NCBI GenBank assembly: GCA_037128175.1 | Contig: JBAXWY010000001.1 | Coordinates: 1 to 64,000, forward strand | From: Methanothrix sp. | Lineage (GTDB): Archaea > Halobacteriota > Methanosarcinia > Methanotrichales > Methanotrichaceae | Direction: 5' to 3' | DNA length: 64,000 nt | Shown: positions 20,609-31,167 of the stretch, piece after piece | How positions within the stretch are numbered: position 1 is the stretch's first letter | Layout of the letters: the number at the start of each line of letters is the position of its first letter | Translations under genes and position numbers: made by a program | Notes under the pieces: model-generated | Told to the model about the DNA's origin: nothing | The model's input: the letters and a program-made list of their open reading frames with translations, nothing else | Database searches by the model: none

Positions 20609-20973
20609 AGTGCTGGTGGGGCTCAATTATCCTCCACCGGACCTTTGCCAAGCACCTTCTTGACGATGGCGAGAATCATATCCAGGTTGTAGAAGTCCAT
20701 CAATCGCTCCACCCGACGGATGCTTTCGGTTTGAACTAACCGGAATTTCCGGATAGTTGCCTCTGGGGAAGAGTTCATGATCGCTGTAGATTTTGATGAT
20801 AATGCTCGCTAATTGTCATGGGCAAAATCACATCGCGGTACTTGCATCAGCACAAATCGTTCTCTTGCGGTCCCATAAACATTATGCCAGACCAGATGTC
20901 CCACCGCTTGTAACTGCCCAAGACAAAAGCGCCTTGCCAAATACTTTACTAGAGGTGAGTACAACTCCTCCTC

Positions 20974-22284
20974 ATGGATCTGGAAGGGTTTGTCAAGCGG
21001 GGTCTTCTGCGAAAGGATCCCGAAATAAAGTCCAAGCTCATCTCACTGATTAGAGAGGTAAAGAGAATACCTGAGGACAAAGCCCTCATCCTGGCGCAGG
21101 CGGTGTTAGAGGAAGCGAAGGCGACGCTGCATCCCCGGGGCGAGGTCTTCCGGCTGGAAAACGTGGGCGTCACCATGGGCGACTACGGTGTGGGCTCGCG
21201 AGGCTCAGGCGATTTTTATACGCACACCAAGATCGCCGAGGTCATCGGACGCACCAATGCCGTGGTGGACTCCCGCCAGCTGGACGACTCGGGCGTTGTC
21301 AGAGCCAAAGGAGAGTATATAACCGTCACCGTAGACGGCATGCACTCCCGCCTCAGCGACTATCCTTTCCTGGCGGGCTTTCATGTCACTCGCGCCGCGC
21401 TTCGCGATGTCTATGTCATGGGCGCACGGCCCGTAGCTCTTCTCTCCGACGTTCATTTGGCCGATGATGGGGATGTCTCCAAGCTCTTCGACCACATCGC
21501 CGGCATCGCTACCGTCTCGGAGCTGATCGGTGTTCCTCTCATCACCGGCAGTACACTACGTATCGGCGGTGATATGGTCATCGGCGACAGGCTGACCGGT
21601 TGTGTGGGAGCGGTAGGTGTCTCGGATAAGATCACGCCCCGAAAAGGGGCCCGTCCCGGTGACGTGATCATGATGAGCGAGGGTGCCGGAGGGGGAACGG
21701 TCTGCTCGGCTGCCCTTTACTATGATCGGCACGAGGTGGTGGAAGAGACCCTGAATATCAAATTCCTGGAGGCCTGCGAGGCTCTGCTCAAGGAAGACCT
21801 TACCATTCACGCCATGACCGACGTGACCAATGGAGGCATTCGCGGCGACGCCAAGGAGATCTCCTACACCGCCGGGGTGAGGCTGAACTTCGAGGAGGAG
21901 AGGATGCGCCGCCTGGTAAATCCGCGCGTATTGGAGATGCTCGACGACCTGCAGATCGACTATCTGGGCGTCTCCATCGATGCCCTGCTCATAATAGCAC
22001 CAGAGGAAGAGGCGCAAGAGATCGCCCGGGCCATTGGCAAAGCAGGCGTCGCGGTGGATGAGATAGGCACAGTTGAGGCGGGAGAGGGCGCATTGCTCCA
22101 TATGGACGGCAAGGTTTCTGACTTTTCCCCCCGCTTCCGGGAAGCTGCTTACACGCCCATAAAAAAGGCAGTCGGCCAGGACGCGAGAAGAGATGTGGCC
22201 GAGATGACGGCAAGAGTAGATCGGGCAGCTATGAATGCTGTGGAGAAGAAGAGGCAATTTATAGAGCGAATAAAAAGAAGGTAA
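20974..22284 (+). CDS. AIR synthase-related (PurM/HypE superfamily) protein
   Basis: VGSRGSGDF, LDDSG, DGMHSRLS, MTDVTNGG. Confidence 0.85.
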   Translation: MDLEGFVKRGLLRKDPEIKSKLISLIREVKRIPEDKALILAQAVLEEAKATLHPRGEVFRLENVGVTMGDYGVGSRGSGDFYTHTKIAEVIGRTNAVVDSRQLDDSGVVRAKGEYITVTVDGMHSRLSDYPFLAGFHVTRAALRDVYVMGARPVALLSDVHLADDGDVSKLFDHIAGIATVSELIGVPLITGSTLRIGGDMVIGDRLTGCVGAVGVSDKITPRKGARPGDVIMMSEGAGGGTVCSAALYYDRHEVVEETLNIKFLEACEALLKEDLTIHAMTDVTNGGIRGDAKEISYTAGVRLNFEEERMRRLVNPRVLEMLDDLQIDYLGVSIDALLIIAPEEEAQEIARAIGKAGVAVDEIGTVEAGEGALLHMDGKVSDFSPRFREAAYTPIKKAVGQDARRDVAEMTARVDRAAMNAVEKKRQFIERIKRR

Positions 22285-22429
22285 TTCAAATTTTTACAAA
22301 GTTATTTATTTTCGGTGCGTTTGCCGAATGTAGTAATAATAGTAAAAATTTTTTTTACATAAATAAACTATTTATATCATAACGTACTTCATTTATTACA
22401 AGGGAGTAAAAATAAGGGAGAAGATAACA

Positions 22430-22819
22430 ATGAAGGAATCGTTCGTAATGAGATTTGACGAGAAAGATATTGAAGTTGTAGAAACGCTGAAAAGCCTGGG
22501 AGTGCCGAGAAAAGTTTCCAATATGATCGCCTATCTGGCCAGCGGCACAGAGGCCACCTCCCGCGAGATTGAGAGAGGCTCCGATCTGCGCCAGCCGGAA
22601 GTGAGCATAGCGCTACGCACTCTTAGGAAGAACAACTGGGTGGAGGAGAAGATGAGCAGGAGCGATGGCACCGGCAGGCCCATGAAGGTCTACCGCCTCA
22701 AAGCACCAATTGAGGATATCCTTCAGTACTACGAGCAGGAAAAGCTCGCTGAGGCCAACCAGGCTCTGCAATCCATACAAAGGCTCAAGGCTCTCTTGGG
22801 GGAAGCGGGGTCAAGCTAA
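22430..22819 (+). CDS. Winged-helix transcriptional regulator (COG4738-like)
   Basis: SREIERGSDLRQPEVSIAL, GRPMKVYRL. Confidence 0.85.
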   Translation: MKESFVMRFDEKDIEVVETLKSLGVPRKVSNMIAYLASGTEATSREIERGSDLRQPEVSIALRTLRKNNWVEEKMSRSDGTGRPMKVYRLKAPIEDILQYYEQEKLAEANQALQSIQRLKALLGEAGSS

Positions 22820-22973
22820 GGGCCTCTAATGGGCCCACCCCCCACAGATAATTGAATATATATTTTTTTAAATAATAGATTAACAGAAACGAGCCGGCAC
22901 CGACATTAACTATAATATATAATAATTATCAAAATTGAGAAGCTGACCGTGTCTGAGATTACAACGCTTTTAC

Positions 22974-23114
22974 GGCCCATCACTATTTCGAGTGGTAAAT
23001 AGAAAAAACCGAGTTATTTGTGAGTCCTTCGTGCTCTATGTGCCTCGCGTGATGATAGTATCGTCCGCCATTTGTTATAACCAGAGGTTAGCAACTGGAA
23101 AATTGCGAAGTGCC
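22974..23114. mobile_element. Degenerate, shorter copy of the 5086..5311 MITE in opposite orientation
   Basis: 3' end GGTTAGCAACTGGAAAATTGCGAAGTGCC matches the reverse complement of the 5086 end; 5' part aligns to the reverse complement of about 5205-5311. Confidence 0.75.
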
Positions 23115-23271
23115 ACTTTTGATTACCGAAAAAAATCATCACGATGGTGATATATAGAAGGAAAACCTAATATTAATCTAAAGCAAACCCGGAGCCAATG
23201 CGCATTCATTGCCCAGGGTGATGTATGAAGCAAATCGAGTATTAGCTAGCTTATATTCAGGTAGTGATTCA

Positions 23272-23769
23272 TTGACGGTCATAGAAGAGTCTATTCATAG
23301 AGCATATCTAAACAAGCTTGTAGGGGAAGACGGTTTACGCATTGTGGAATGCATACCCGGCGAAGAGATCACGGATGAGAAGCTGGCAGAGCTTACCGGC
23401 ATCAGCCTGAATACCGTAAGACGTACCCTTTACCTGCTTTACGAACACAGGCTGGCCATATATCGACGCAAGCGCGATCCTGATTCCGGCTGGCTCACCT
23501 ATTTGTGGCAATTGTGTCCCGAGAATTTTGAAAAGGCACTGGAATCAGAAGCTAAAAGGCTGCTGCGCAAATTAGACGAAAGGCTGGCCTATGAAAAGGA
23601 GAACATCTTTTATGCCTGCACCGATGGGTGTGCCCGGTTCATCTTCGACGAGGCAAGCGAGGCCAATTTCCTCTGTCCCTTCTGTCAGGGAAGCCTGGAG
23701 TTTATGGAGAATGCCAAAGTGGTGGAGACCATAGAAAAGCAGATGACGGAATTAAAAGCTTGCTTATAG
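23272..23769 (+). CDS. tfe: Transcription factor E, alpha subunit
   Basis: TDEKLAELTGISLNTVRRTLY, GWLTYLW, C-x3-C...CPFC zinc ribbon; TTG start inferred. Confidence 0.95.
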   Translation: MTVIEESIHRAYLNKLVGEDGLRIVECIPGEEITDEKLAELTGISLNTVRRTLYLLYEHRLAIYRRKRDPDSGWLTYLWQLCPENFEKALESEAKRLLRKLDERLAYEKENIFYACTDGCARFIFDEASEANFLCPFCQGSLEFMENAKVVETIEKQMTELKACL

Positions 23770-24165
23770 GTTCTCCAGGTTGTTGCCAAGGACTGCCGTC
23801 CACCACCAACGAGCCATGTCCATCAGATCGCGGCTGAACATCCCGGAGAGCCGGTACTCGCCGCTTTTGTTTGTGATCAGGCCCGCTCCAAGTAGCTTGT
23901 TTCTCATGGCGTAAAAGGCAGATCGACTAACATTCAATTCTACCAGAAGCGTCTTCCACTCTTCCGTCTTTAATGGATCGCCGCCCTTCTGGCGTTCCTC
24001 CACCATTACCAGGAATCTCCCCCCTCGCTGTGCCGTTGTTTCCTCCTGAAAAAGGCGAAGCATTAGCTCATGATACGGATCACGAGAGCGGCTTATTGCG
24101 TACTCCGATTTAGAGCGGACCTTGATCGTAGTAGCGGTCCGAGGAGCCTTCTTGACATTGGTCAT
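23764..24165 (-). CDS. Conserved hypothetical HTH-like protein
   Basis: 133 aa, SRSAFYAMRNKLLGAGLI winged-helix-like segment; overlaps upstream gene. Confidence 0.7.
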   Translation of the reverse strand: MTNVKKAPRTATTIKVRSKSEYAISRSRDPYHELMLRLFQEETTAQRGGRFLVMVEERQKGGDPLKTEEWKTLLVELNVSRSAFYAMRNKLLGAGLITNKSGEYRLSGMFSRDLMDMARWWWTAVLGNNLENL

Positions 24166-24467
24166 AAGGTAGCCAGTACTGCTCTGGCTATATCTGCATA
24201 TTCATCCCTTAAAACATAGCTCATAGGCGCACGATAAGACTTCTTATTGACATGTAATATTCCCAGACGTGAACAAATGTAGCCGATCATGGAGGCTACC
24301 ACCTTTTTGGAAACATCAATTCTCATGCATACGCTTTCATGAATAGAGGCTACTGTGAACTCTCGAGCCTCGACTATGGACTCAAGAACAACTCGCCTCA
24401 GACCATCTGTGTCCAGATTGAGGAACCTAATCATTCGGCCTAATATCTCGGACCGCTGTGGTTTCAT
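24162..24467 (-). CDS. DUF2551-family HTH protein
   Basis: DTDGLRR, VASMIGYICSRLGIL. Confidence 0.75.
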   Translation of the reverse strand: MKPQRSEILGRMIRFLNLDTDGLRRVVLESIVEAREFTVASIHESVCMRIDVSKKVVASMIGYICSRLGILHVNKKSYRAPMSYVLRDEYADIARAVLATL

Positions 24468-24629
24468 CCTACCCCTCCCAAACTACCCCCTATACATTAA
24501 ACATTACTTTAGTAATATGTATAATATATACTTTACTATATTTCATCGGAAACCCCAATTGCACCGCCATGAGTTTAAGCTGGTCGTCAAATAGTGCCGA
24601 TTATAAAGAGCAAGCGGATCGGAATTAAT

Positions 24630-25271
24630 ATGCAAGAAGATGAAAATGCAAAGTCTGAGATCCTCTATGCCCAGGGAAACTATTTACGAAAGCTGGGCAG
24701 GTACGATGAGGCGGCAGCAACCCTGGAAAAGGCTCTCTTGCTCGAACCTAATAATGCCGATGCCTGGAGGGCTCATGCCCTGGCCTGCAGCCAGATGGAT
24801 AAGAATGCACAGGCAGTAGCCTCCTCTGAAAAGTCCCTGGCCCTCGATCCATACAATGCCCGAACCTGGATAATAAGAGGCTTTGCCCTGCATCAGCTGG
24901 GGCAATACGAGAAGGCGGTGGAAAGCTATGCCCGGGCCATTGAGTGCAATCCACTCGGGCCGGACGGAAGAAGGGCCTGGAATAACCGGGGAGCGGCTTT
25001 GGACAACCTGGCTAAACATGAGGAGGCCATCGAGAGCTATGAAGAGGCGTTATTGATCGATCCCTTCGATATCTATGCCTGGAACAACAAAGGCGTGGCC
25101 TTGGGAGTTTTAGCCAGGCACGAGGAGGCGATAAGCTGCTTCTTAAAAGCCATAAGGATCGAGCCGGAATATGCAACTGCCTGGAAGAACCTAGGTGTAG
25201 CCTACCAGTCACTACATCGCGATAATGAGGCAGAAGAGGCCTTTATCCGAGCAACGGAATTGGGACTCTGA
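24630..25271 (+). CDS. TPR-repeat protein
   Basis: Repeated AWNNKG/AWKNLG TPR units. Confidence 0.9.
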   Translation: MQEDENAKSEILYAQGNYLRKLGRYDEAAATLEKALLLEPNNADAWRAHALACSQMDKNAQAVASSEKSLALDPYNARTWIIRGFALHQLGQYEKAVESYARAIECNPLGPDGRRAWNNRGAALDNLAKHEEAIESYEEALLIDPFDIYAWNNKGVALGVLARHEEAISCFLKAIRIEPEYATAWKNLGVAYQSLHRDNEAEEAFIRATELGL

Positions 25272-25276
25272 TTGAT

Positions 25277-25792
25277 CTATTTCTTGCCAGATAAAGCTTT
25301 AGCGATCTCATCGACGAGAGAATCACGGTTCTCCCGGGTTACGGTTATCACCTGAAATGTGCTGCGAATTTTCTTAGCCAGACGGTGATTGGACCACTCG
25401 TGCAGCACCACGAGCATGGGCCTTGATGAGTCTATGGCCATTTCTACAGCGGAGACGAACCTGTGGCTGGTCAGCTCCATGGGACCCACCTCGTCTACCA
25501 CAATCAGATCGCATTTCAGGGCGTTTTCTATGGCCCTTGCACCGAGGCCATCCAGGTCTTCCGGATGGACGCGATACTTTCCCAATTGGGGACCGCTGCC
25601 CGTCTCATCAGCCAGCATGCCCACGGCCCCCGAGGCAAGGTCGAGCAGCTCAAAGCCGATGCGCCGATCTTTGTAATGCTTATCCCGTGCCAGCACTCCC
25701 CCCACGCGCATGCCTGTGGCTGCGGCCACTTTCGAGACCAATGTGGATTTGCCGATGCCAGGGGTTCCGGTGACTGCTATCCTAAATACCAT
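25277..25792 (-). CDS. THEP1-family nucleoside triphosphatase
   Basis: TGTPGIGKST, RIGF, GKY, DEVGPMEL. Confidence 0.92.
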   Translation of the reverse strand: MVFRIAVTGTPGIGKSTLVSKVAAATGMRVGGVLARDKHYKDRRIGFELLDLASGAVGMLADETGSGPQLGKYRVHPEDLDGLGARAIENALKCDLIVVDEVGPMELTSHRFVSAVEMAIDSSRPMLVVLHEWSNHRLAKKIRSTFQVITVTRENRDSLVDEIAKALSGKK

Positions 25793-26228
25793 ATTGCTCC
25801 CTCATCCTTTCCGCGTAGCGGCTCAGGCTCTCTACGTCTTTTATCTCTTTCTTGACCAGCTTTTTAAGGCGGCTTCTGATCTCTTTGTCCGGTTTCGAGC
25901 CCACAGAGCGCAGGTGGCACTCGATGGTCCTGCACATCTCATCGCCTTTGCCATCCCAGTCGGTGAGAAGTATGATCTCTCTGTAGCTTCGGGCAGCATC
26001 TTCAGCCAGATCCAGAGCCCTGCGGCGCGAGGCCATGATCACGGGTCCAGGAAGGCCCAAAGCGCGCAATGACTGCATGTCGCGCCTTCCTTCCACAATG
26101 ACGGCCGCACCCTGGTAGGAAGCCTCGAGAAGGGAAGCGATCAGCTCTTCCAGGGCCTCTAGATCATAAGTCCCCTTGGCACGAACCTCATGCTCATCTC
26201 TACCCCAAGTCATATTTTTCCCGCTCAA
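25782..26228 (-). CDS. Small Toprim-domain protein
   Basis: IVEGRRD and LTDWDGKG Toprim motifs. Confidence 0.88.
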   Translation of the reverse strand: MSGKNMTWGRDEHEVRAKGTYDLEALEELIASLLEASYQGAAVIVEGRRDMQSLRALGLPGPVIMASRRRALDLAEDAARSYREIILLTDWDGKGDEMCRTIECHLRSVGSKPDKEIRSRLKKLVKKEIKDVESLSRYAERMREQYGI

Positions 26229-26543
26229 TTATCTCATCTTCTCTGTTAATGCAAAGACGGCCTCATCCTTTGTCATGCCTTTTACCAAAAGAAGCTTTCT
26301 GGCGCTCCGCTGACCGCTCAAGACCACAACCATTAGCTCGGAAATGCATAACACACTGGCCAGCTCTTCTGTCAGTTGCCGGTTAGCCCGTCCTCGCGAC
26401 GGCTCCTCCGTCAGATGAGCTTCTATTGACCTTCGCCAGGGATTGAAGCCGGAAGGTACAGCCAGCCGGGAGGAGCCGGGCACCACCTCAAAACTGATGG
26501 TGCAGCCCAGAGGATGAGATTTAACCGCCTCGCAAATGTCCAT
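26229..26543 (-). CDS. DUF167 (YggU/UPF0235) protein
   Basis: VVPGS, PSRGRAN, SGQRSARK. Confidence 0.85.
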   Translation of the reverse strand: MDICEAVKSHPLGCTISFEVVPGSSRLAVPSGFNPWRRSIEAHLTEEPSRGRANRQLTEELASVLCISELMVVVLSGQRSARKLLLVKGMTKDEAVFALTEKMR

Positions 26544-26651
26544 ATTCAGAAAAGAGGCGTTCAGGGGGCTTAAAGCTTATCTTTGGCACCCGATAAATAG
26601 CGTTTTGGCAAAAAGTTAAAATAGCGCCAGCGATGAAAGGAGAGAGGTTCG

Positions 26652-27998
26652 ATGAAGGTCAAAAAAGTCGTCGTCCTGGCAGATCAGGCTCAGGTGGCAA
26701 GATCCATTCTTCCCGGCTTGGAACAGCTTGGCCTGCAAATATGCGACCGGCTGCCGGGCCAGGGAACGGATTGCCTTTTGATATGCGATCCGGGATATGT
26801 TACCACCCCCAGAGGAGCGCTCCGCATTCGCCAGGCATTGGTCGATGGAAGTCCTGTTTTATTAGACAACGCAAATATTCCCTCTATTTTAGAAGAGATC
26901 AAGCAGACGGGCGGCCTTTCTTTAGAGACCAGAAATAACCTGGAAGCATATGCCCTCTTCCGGTGTCTGCAAAGCGACTCGCGAAGACTCTTTGCCCTTC
27001 AGGCCGGCACGAACGCCATGCCCCGTTATGCGGCAGCAGCCTATGAGAAAGTGCAGGATCTTCGTTATGGAGAGAACTGGCACCAGAAGGCGGCACTCTA
27101 CAGCAAAGAGAATGGTCTGGGCCTGCATACAACCAGGAAGCTGAATGGACGGGAGATGTCCTATAACAACATGGTCGATGCAGAAACGGTGCTTGAAATG
27201 CTCATCGACATATCGGAGTACGATGGCATCCCGGTAGAAAAGCCACTATCCGTAATTGTGAAGCATGCCAATCCCTGCGGCGTGGCCTATGGCGAAAGTC
27301 TGGCTGAAGCCTACCGTCTCTCTTTCGCCACCGATCCCAAATCCGCATTTGGGGGCGTCATCGGCTTTTCCCGGCCGGTGGATTTGGAAACGGCCCGCGC
27401 CATCGGCGACAGCTTCGTAGAGGTGCTGCTAGCTCCCGGCTATGAGCCCGAGGCCCTTAAGCTGCTCATGGATAAGAAGCCCAATCGCAGAATATTGGAT
27501 ATTGGAGATCTGCTGGCCCAAAAGGATGAACTTTATCGAGGACACTATCAAAGAAGCATCTTCGGGGGCATGATGCTCCAGGATTATGATACATGCGATC
27601 TTAAGGATTGGAAGGTAGTAACCAAAAGAGCGCCCACAAACGGGGAAAGCAAAGCCCTTCGATTTGCCTGGAAGGTCTCCAAGTACGTCAAGTCCAATGC
27701 CCTGGTTTATGCCTCGGAGTGCCAGACCATAGGCATAGGATCGGGCCAGGTGAGCCGGGTGGATTCAGCACGCTTTGGTGCGGAAAAGGCAGAGGAGCAC
27801 GGACTATCCACCCGAGGCACGGTCGCGGCCACGGATTCATTCTTCCCCTTCCGAGACGGGCTGGATCAAACCTTCCAGGCCGGAGCTGTTGCGGTAATTC
27901 ACCCCGGCGGATCCATACGGGATGCCGAGGTGATTGATGCCGCCAACGAGCACGACATGGCCATGGTCTTCACAGGCATGCGCCATTTCCGGCACTAA
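26652..27998 (+). CDS. purH: AICAR formyltransferase (PurH family) with eroded N-terminal cyclohydrolase domain
   Basis: [45 protein letters not shown]. Confidence 0.9.
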   Translation: MKVKKVVVLADQAQVARSILPGLEQLGLQICDRLPGQGTDCLLICDPGYVTTPRGALRIRQALVDGSPVLLDNANIPSILEEIKQTGGLSLETRNNLEAYALFRCLQSDSRRLFALQAGTNAMPRYAAAAYEKVQDLRYGENWHQKAALYSKENGLGLHTTRKLNGREMSYNNMVDAETVLEMLIDISEYDGIPVEKPLSVIVKHANPCGVAYGESLAEAYRLSFATDPKSAFGGVIGFSRPVDLETARAIGDSFVEVLLAPGYEPEALKLLMDKKPNRRILDIGDLLAQKDELYRGHYQRSIFGGMMLQDYDTCDLKDWKVVTKRAPTNGESKALRFAWKVSKYVKSNALVYASECQTIGIGSGQVSRVDSARFGAEKAEEHGLSTRGTVAATDSFFPFRDGLDQTFQAGAVAVIHPGGSIRDAEVIDAANEHDMAMVFTGMRHFRH

Positions 27999-28036
27999 CT
28001 TATAACTGGAAAATCATTGTAATCTGAGGTTAGCCA

Positions 28037-29548
28037 ATGATAATCGCGAAGAGCCCTAAATATTTCTGCATGAAATTTTCAACCATTAAATGCAACGGAA
28101 AGGCCATCTTCGCGCTCCTTGCTCTTGCGCTTTTCATTTACGTACCATTTGATCCCGTCTCAGCAAGCGTTATCCAGGCAGGGGCTGACATCCAGACGGC
28201 CATAAACTCGGCAGAGGTAGGAGACACGATAGTAGTAGGTCCGGGAGAAGTAAGTCGCTTCGAGGTGGACCGGCCGTTAACCATTGAAGGACAGGGCGGC
28301 CCCATTCTCTCGGCGGCTTTGCAAAAACCTGCTATAATAGTGTCCAGCGATGACGTTACCATCTCTGGATTTCGCATAAAAGGCGTAGGCAAGGACACCA
28401 CTGCCAAGTTCAATTACTACATGCAAAATCCCGCTGCTGCGGCGGGAGGAAGCTTCGATGAGCCCAATTCAGCCATAGTTGTGAGGGGCGACGGCATATC
28501 TATAAAAAATTGCAGCATCTTTGGAGCGCAGGTGGCAATTTCTGCGGAGAATGTGCGGGACCTGGTCTTGCAGAATACGACCATGGAAGGCTGCGATATG
28601 GGTGCGTCGATCCTGCAAAGTACCCAGGTTAAAGTTACTGCCTGCCGCATTACCAACTGCAAAAAATACGGGCTTGAGATTGTTAGGTCTCGCGATGTAG
28701 TGCTTGATAATAACAGCATTGTTAACAACACCAACACCGGCATACTCCTCAAAGAGACAAACGGTGGCATTATTCAGGATAATATCCTCTCCACGAACAC
28801 CTTTGGGCTCTCCCTTTGGAATGCTTCGTATAACCAGGTAAGAAGAAACCGGGCAGATCATAATTATTACGGAATCCTGGTAACGTCCTCGTCTAACTAT
28901 AACAACATAACCGATAATTTGGCAGAGGATAATAGCAGAAGCGAGATCGTGACAGGGTTTGGTATCGGCATCAGCCTGCAAGAGAACAGCAGCTACAACA
29001 TGCTGATCCGAAACACCGCCAAGGGCAACTTCAACGGCCTTGAGCTGTCCCGAGGATGCAAGTTCAATGCCGTCTACGACAACAACGCCTCGGACAATAA
29101 ACACGGCATAAGGCTCAATGAGAACCGGAATAACCTCATCTTCGGCAACAACTTCATGAGAAACAACATCAATGCCTATGAGAATACCAGCCTTAATATC
29201 TGGAATACAACTTTCGGCAACTACTACAACGATTATCGCGGCAAAGATGAGAATAATGACGGCATAGGCGATCAGCCCTATTCTCTTCCTGGGCCAGAGT
29301 CGCATTCCTTTGACCAGCGGCCCCTTATCCGTCCTTACCGTGAAGCGAGATTGAACAATACGCAGATAAGGGATGAGGTTAAGAAATACGCCGTGTACGG
29401 GCCTGCTGATGATGAGTATCCCACCATTAGCAAGCAAAAAGGCGTCATGGTGATATCTCGCAAAGCATCCAGCTCACCGCCCAAATGGACGGACTCCAGG
29501 GCCTTTGATGCCAGCGCACCGCCGTTCCAAAAAGAGAATGATTTTTAG
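28037..29548 (+). CDS. Secreted NosD/CASH parallel beta-helix protein
   Basis: Signal peptide, IQTAINSA..GDTI, Asn-rich repeats, GNYYNDY...DGIGDQPY. Confidence 0.9.
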   Translation: MIIAKSPKYFCMKFSTIKCNGKAIFALLALALFIYVPFDPVSASVIQAGADIQTAINSAEVGDTIVVGPGEVSRFEVDRPLTIEGQGGPILSAALQKPAIIVSSDDVTISGFRIKGVGKDTTAKFNYYMQNPAAAAGGSFDEPNSAIVVRGDGISIKNCSIFGAQVAISAENVRDLVLQNTTMEGCDMGASILQSTQVKVTACRITNCKKYGLEIVRSRDVVLDNNSIVNNTNTGILLKETNGGIIQDNILSTNTFGLSLWNASYNQVRRNRADHNYYGILVTSSSNYNNITDNLAEDNSRSEIVTGFGIGISLQENSSYNMLIRNTAKGNFNGLELSRGCKFNAVYDNNASDNKHGIRLNENRNNLIFGNNFMRNNINAYENTSLNIWNTTFGNYYNDYRGKDENNDGIGDQPYSLPGPESHSFDQRPLIRPYREARLNNTQIRDEVKKYAVYGPADDEYPTISKQKGVMVISRKASSSPPKWTDSRAFDASAPPFQKENDF

Positions 29549-31167
29549 TTTCTAAAGCGAATGCTTTTGGCCAGTTGCTCATAGTCCGCAATTAATATTC
29601 CAGCCAATACAATATATCCTATATATGTAATAAAAGTAAGGATTAGTCTTAAAACAGCATTGTCAAGGTCGTCAAGGGACGGATATGTTATTAAAAATAG
29701 TTCAACTAGAGGAAATATAATATATACAAATGGCCTCGCATCAGCATGATATTGACACCCACTATCTTTAATACAAGTGTATACATAAAATATAGATAAG
29801 GCGAACGGCAGAACCATAATAAACCTTAATACAGCCATATTTGTAATAGTTAAATTAAAAATCTGAAAACTAATAATAGGCAATACTTTATTAGGGAGAA
29901 ATCCGAATAAATCAAATGAAAGGCTGTACGCAACGATGGACATAGCCACATAATTTATTAATCTAGAAATTTTAAAAAAATTGCCTGCTATTTTTCTATG
30001 CTCATAAATTTTATAAAGAATTATAAGAGAAATAATAAATGCTGCAAATTCATAAGCCAAAACATCAGGGTAATAGTATTCAATTCCAATACCACTCAAT
30101 AGATCATGGGCTATAATATTAAGTAAAAAGATTGCACTCCCAAATGCGGCCATGTGAATAACGCCAGGATTTTCAAACAATTTTAGCAACATAAAAAATA
30201 AAATTATACTTAATATAAACACTCCGCTTAGTTTATAATGGTATTCGCGAAAATTTTTAACCAAATATATCTCGTCATCATATATTGGCTCTTCATCCAC
30301 CTTTTTCAATCCAAATTGAAGTTGTTCTCCCGTATGACTTACTATATAATATGGTTTAGCATATGAAATGCTGTCACCTTTATTTGTTGTATACTTATAA
30401 TTGGTTGTGTTTATATTTAGTGGCAATTTTGGAGACAATGATAACGAAATGTTTGAGTTGTTGAATATGTAGTTCTTTCCACCATATTTGAATATATAAT
30501 CCCCAGATATGATGATATTGACTCGATCTGTATTATTGATTTCGTTATCTGTGATATTTATGGGATTAATATCAATTCCTGGATCACATGTTCTATGGCT
30601 GGCCCATTTAATATCATCTTTAGTTATTATCGAGCATCCTTCATTTTGCACCGCTTTTTTTGCTGAGGTTGTGTAGTTGAATTTATAACTGCACCGAGGA
30701 TCTAATCTGCTAATATAAAATTTCAATTCTCCTGATTTGCTGAGGGATAAATTTGTTGATATTTTATTAGCGGCTACTGTATCAGGAATATATCCCTCAA
30801 TTATGCCTGATTCGAGGCTTAAATTGGGACCAACAGAAAGTTTTCGGTTTTGATCATTTAATAAAATATTATCATCAGGTGGTTTTAAAAAATCTGGAAT
30901 AGTTATAATAATATATATCTCATCCACCTGCGCATCGCCGGTTTCGTTTTTATTACACCGCCCAAAATTCGTTAAATTATACCTTATTGTTACACGGGAA
31001 TTTATATTCACAGAAGAATTATCTGAACAAGCAGTTATATTTAATTGAGATGCTGAACGCCCACCTTTTGCAGTACTTTCAGATCCTGAAATGGCAATGC
31101 TTGGAATTAGAAAAAGTATACAAATAATATAAATTATTACTCGTGAGACGCCTTTTAAAATTTGCAT
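29545..31167 (-). CDS. AT-rich membrane protein (N-terminal extracellular domain + about 7 TM)
   Basis: 540-aa ORF, signal peptide, C-terminal hydrophobic segments. Confidence 0.8.
   Translation of the reverse strand: MQILKGVSRVIIYIICILFLIPSIAISGSESTAKGGRSASQLNITACSDNSSVNINSRVTIRYNLTNFGRCNKNETGDAQVDEIYIIITIPDFLKPPDDNILLNDQNRKLSVGPNLSLESGIIEGYIPDTVAANKISTNLSLSKSGELKFYISRLDPRCSYKFNYTTSAKKAVQNEGCSIITKDDIKWASHRTCDPGIDINPINITDNEINNTDRVNIIISGDYIFKYGGKNYIFNNSNISLSLSPKLPLNINTTNYKYTTNKGDSISYAKPYYIVSHTGEQLQFGLKKVDEEPIYDDEIYLVKNFREYHYKLSGVFILSIILFFMLLKLFENPGVIHMAAFGSAIFLLNIIAHDLLSGIGIEYYYPDVLAYEFAAFIISLIILYKIYEHRKIAGNFFKISRLINYVAMSIVAYSLSFDLFGFLPNKVLPIISFQIFNLTITNMAVLRFIMVLPFALSIFYVYTCIKDSGCQYHADARPFVYIIFPLVELFLITYPSLDDLDNAVLRLILTFITYIGYIVLAGILIADYEQLAKSIRFRN

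Noticed and set aside
21556-22257. 233-aa antisense ORF
   Set aside because: Shadow of the AIR synthase-related gene
24468-24492. G-rich RBS region of the DUF2551 gene as target of the C-rich hairpin RNAs
   Set aside because: Only about 7 nt of complementarity, mostly to the paired stem
28469-29437. 322-aa antisense ORF
   Set aside because: Shadow of the Asn-rich NosD gene; no motifs
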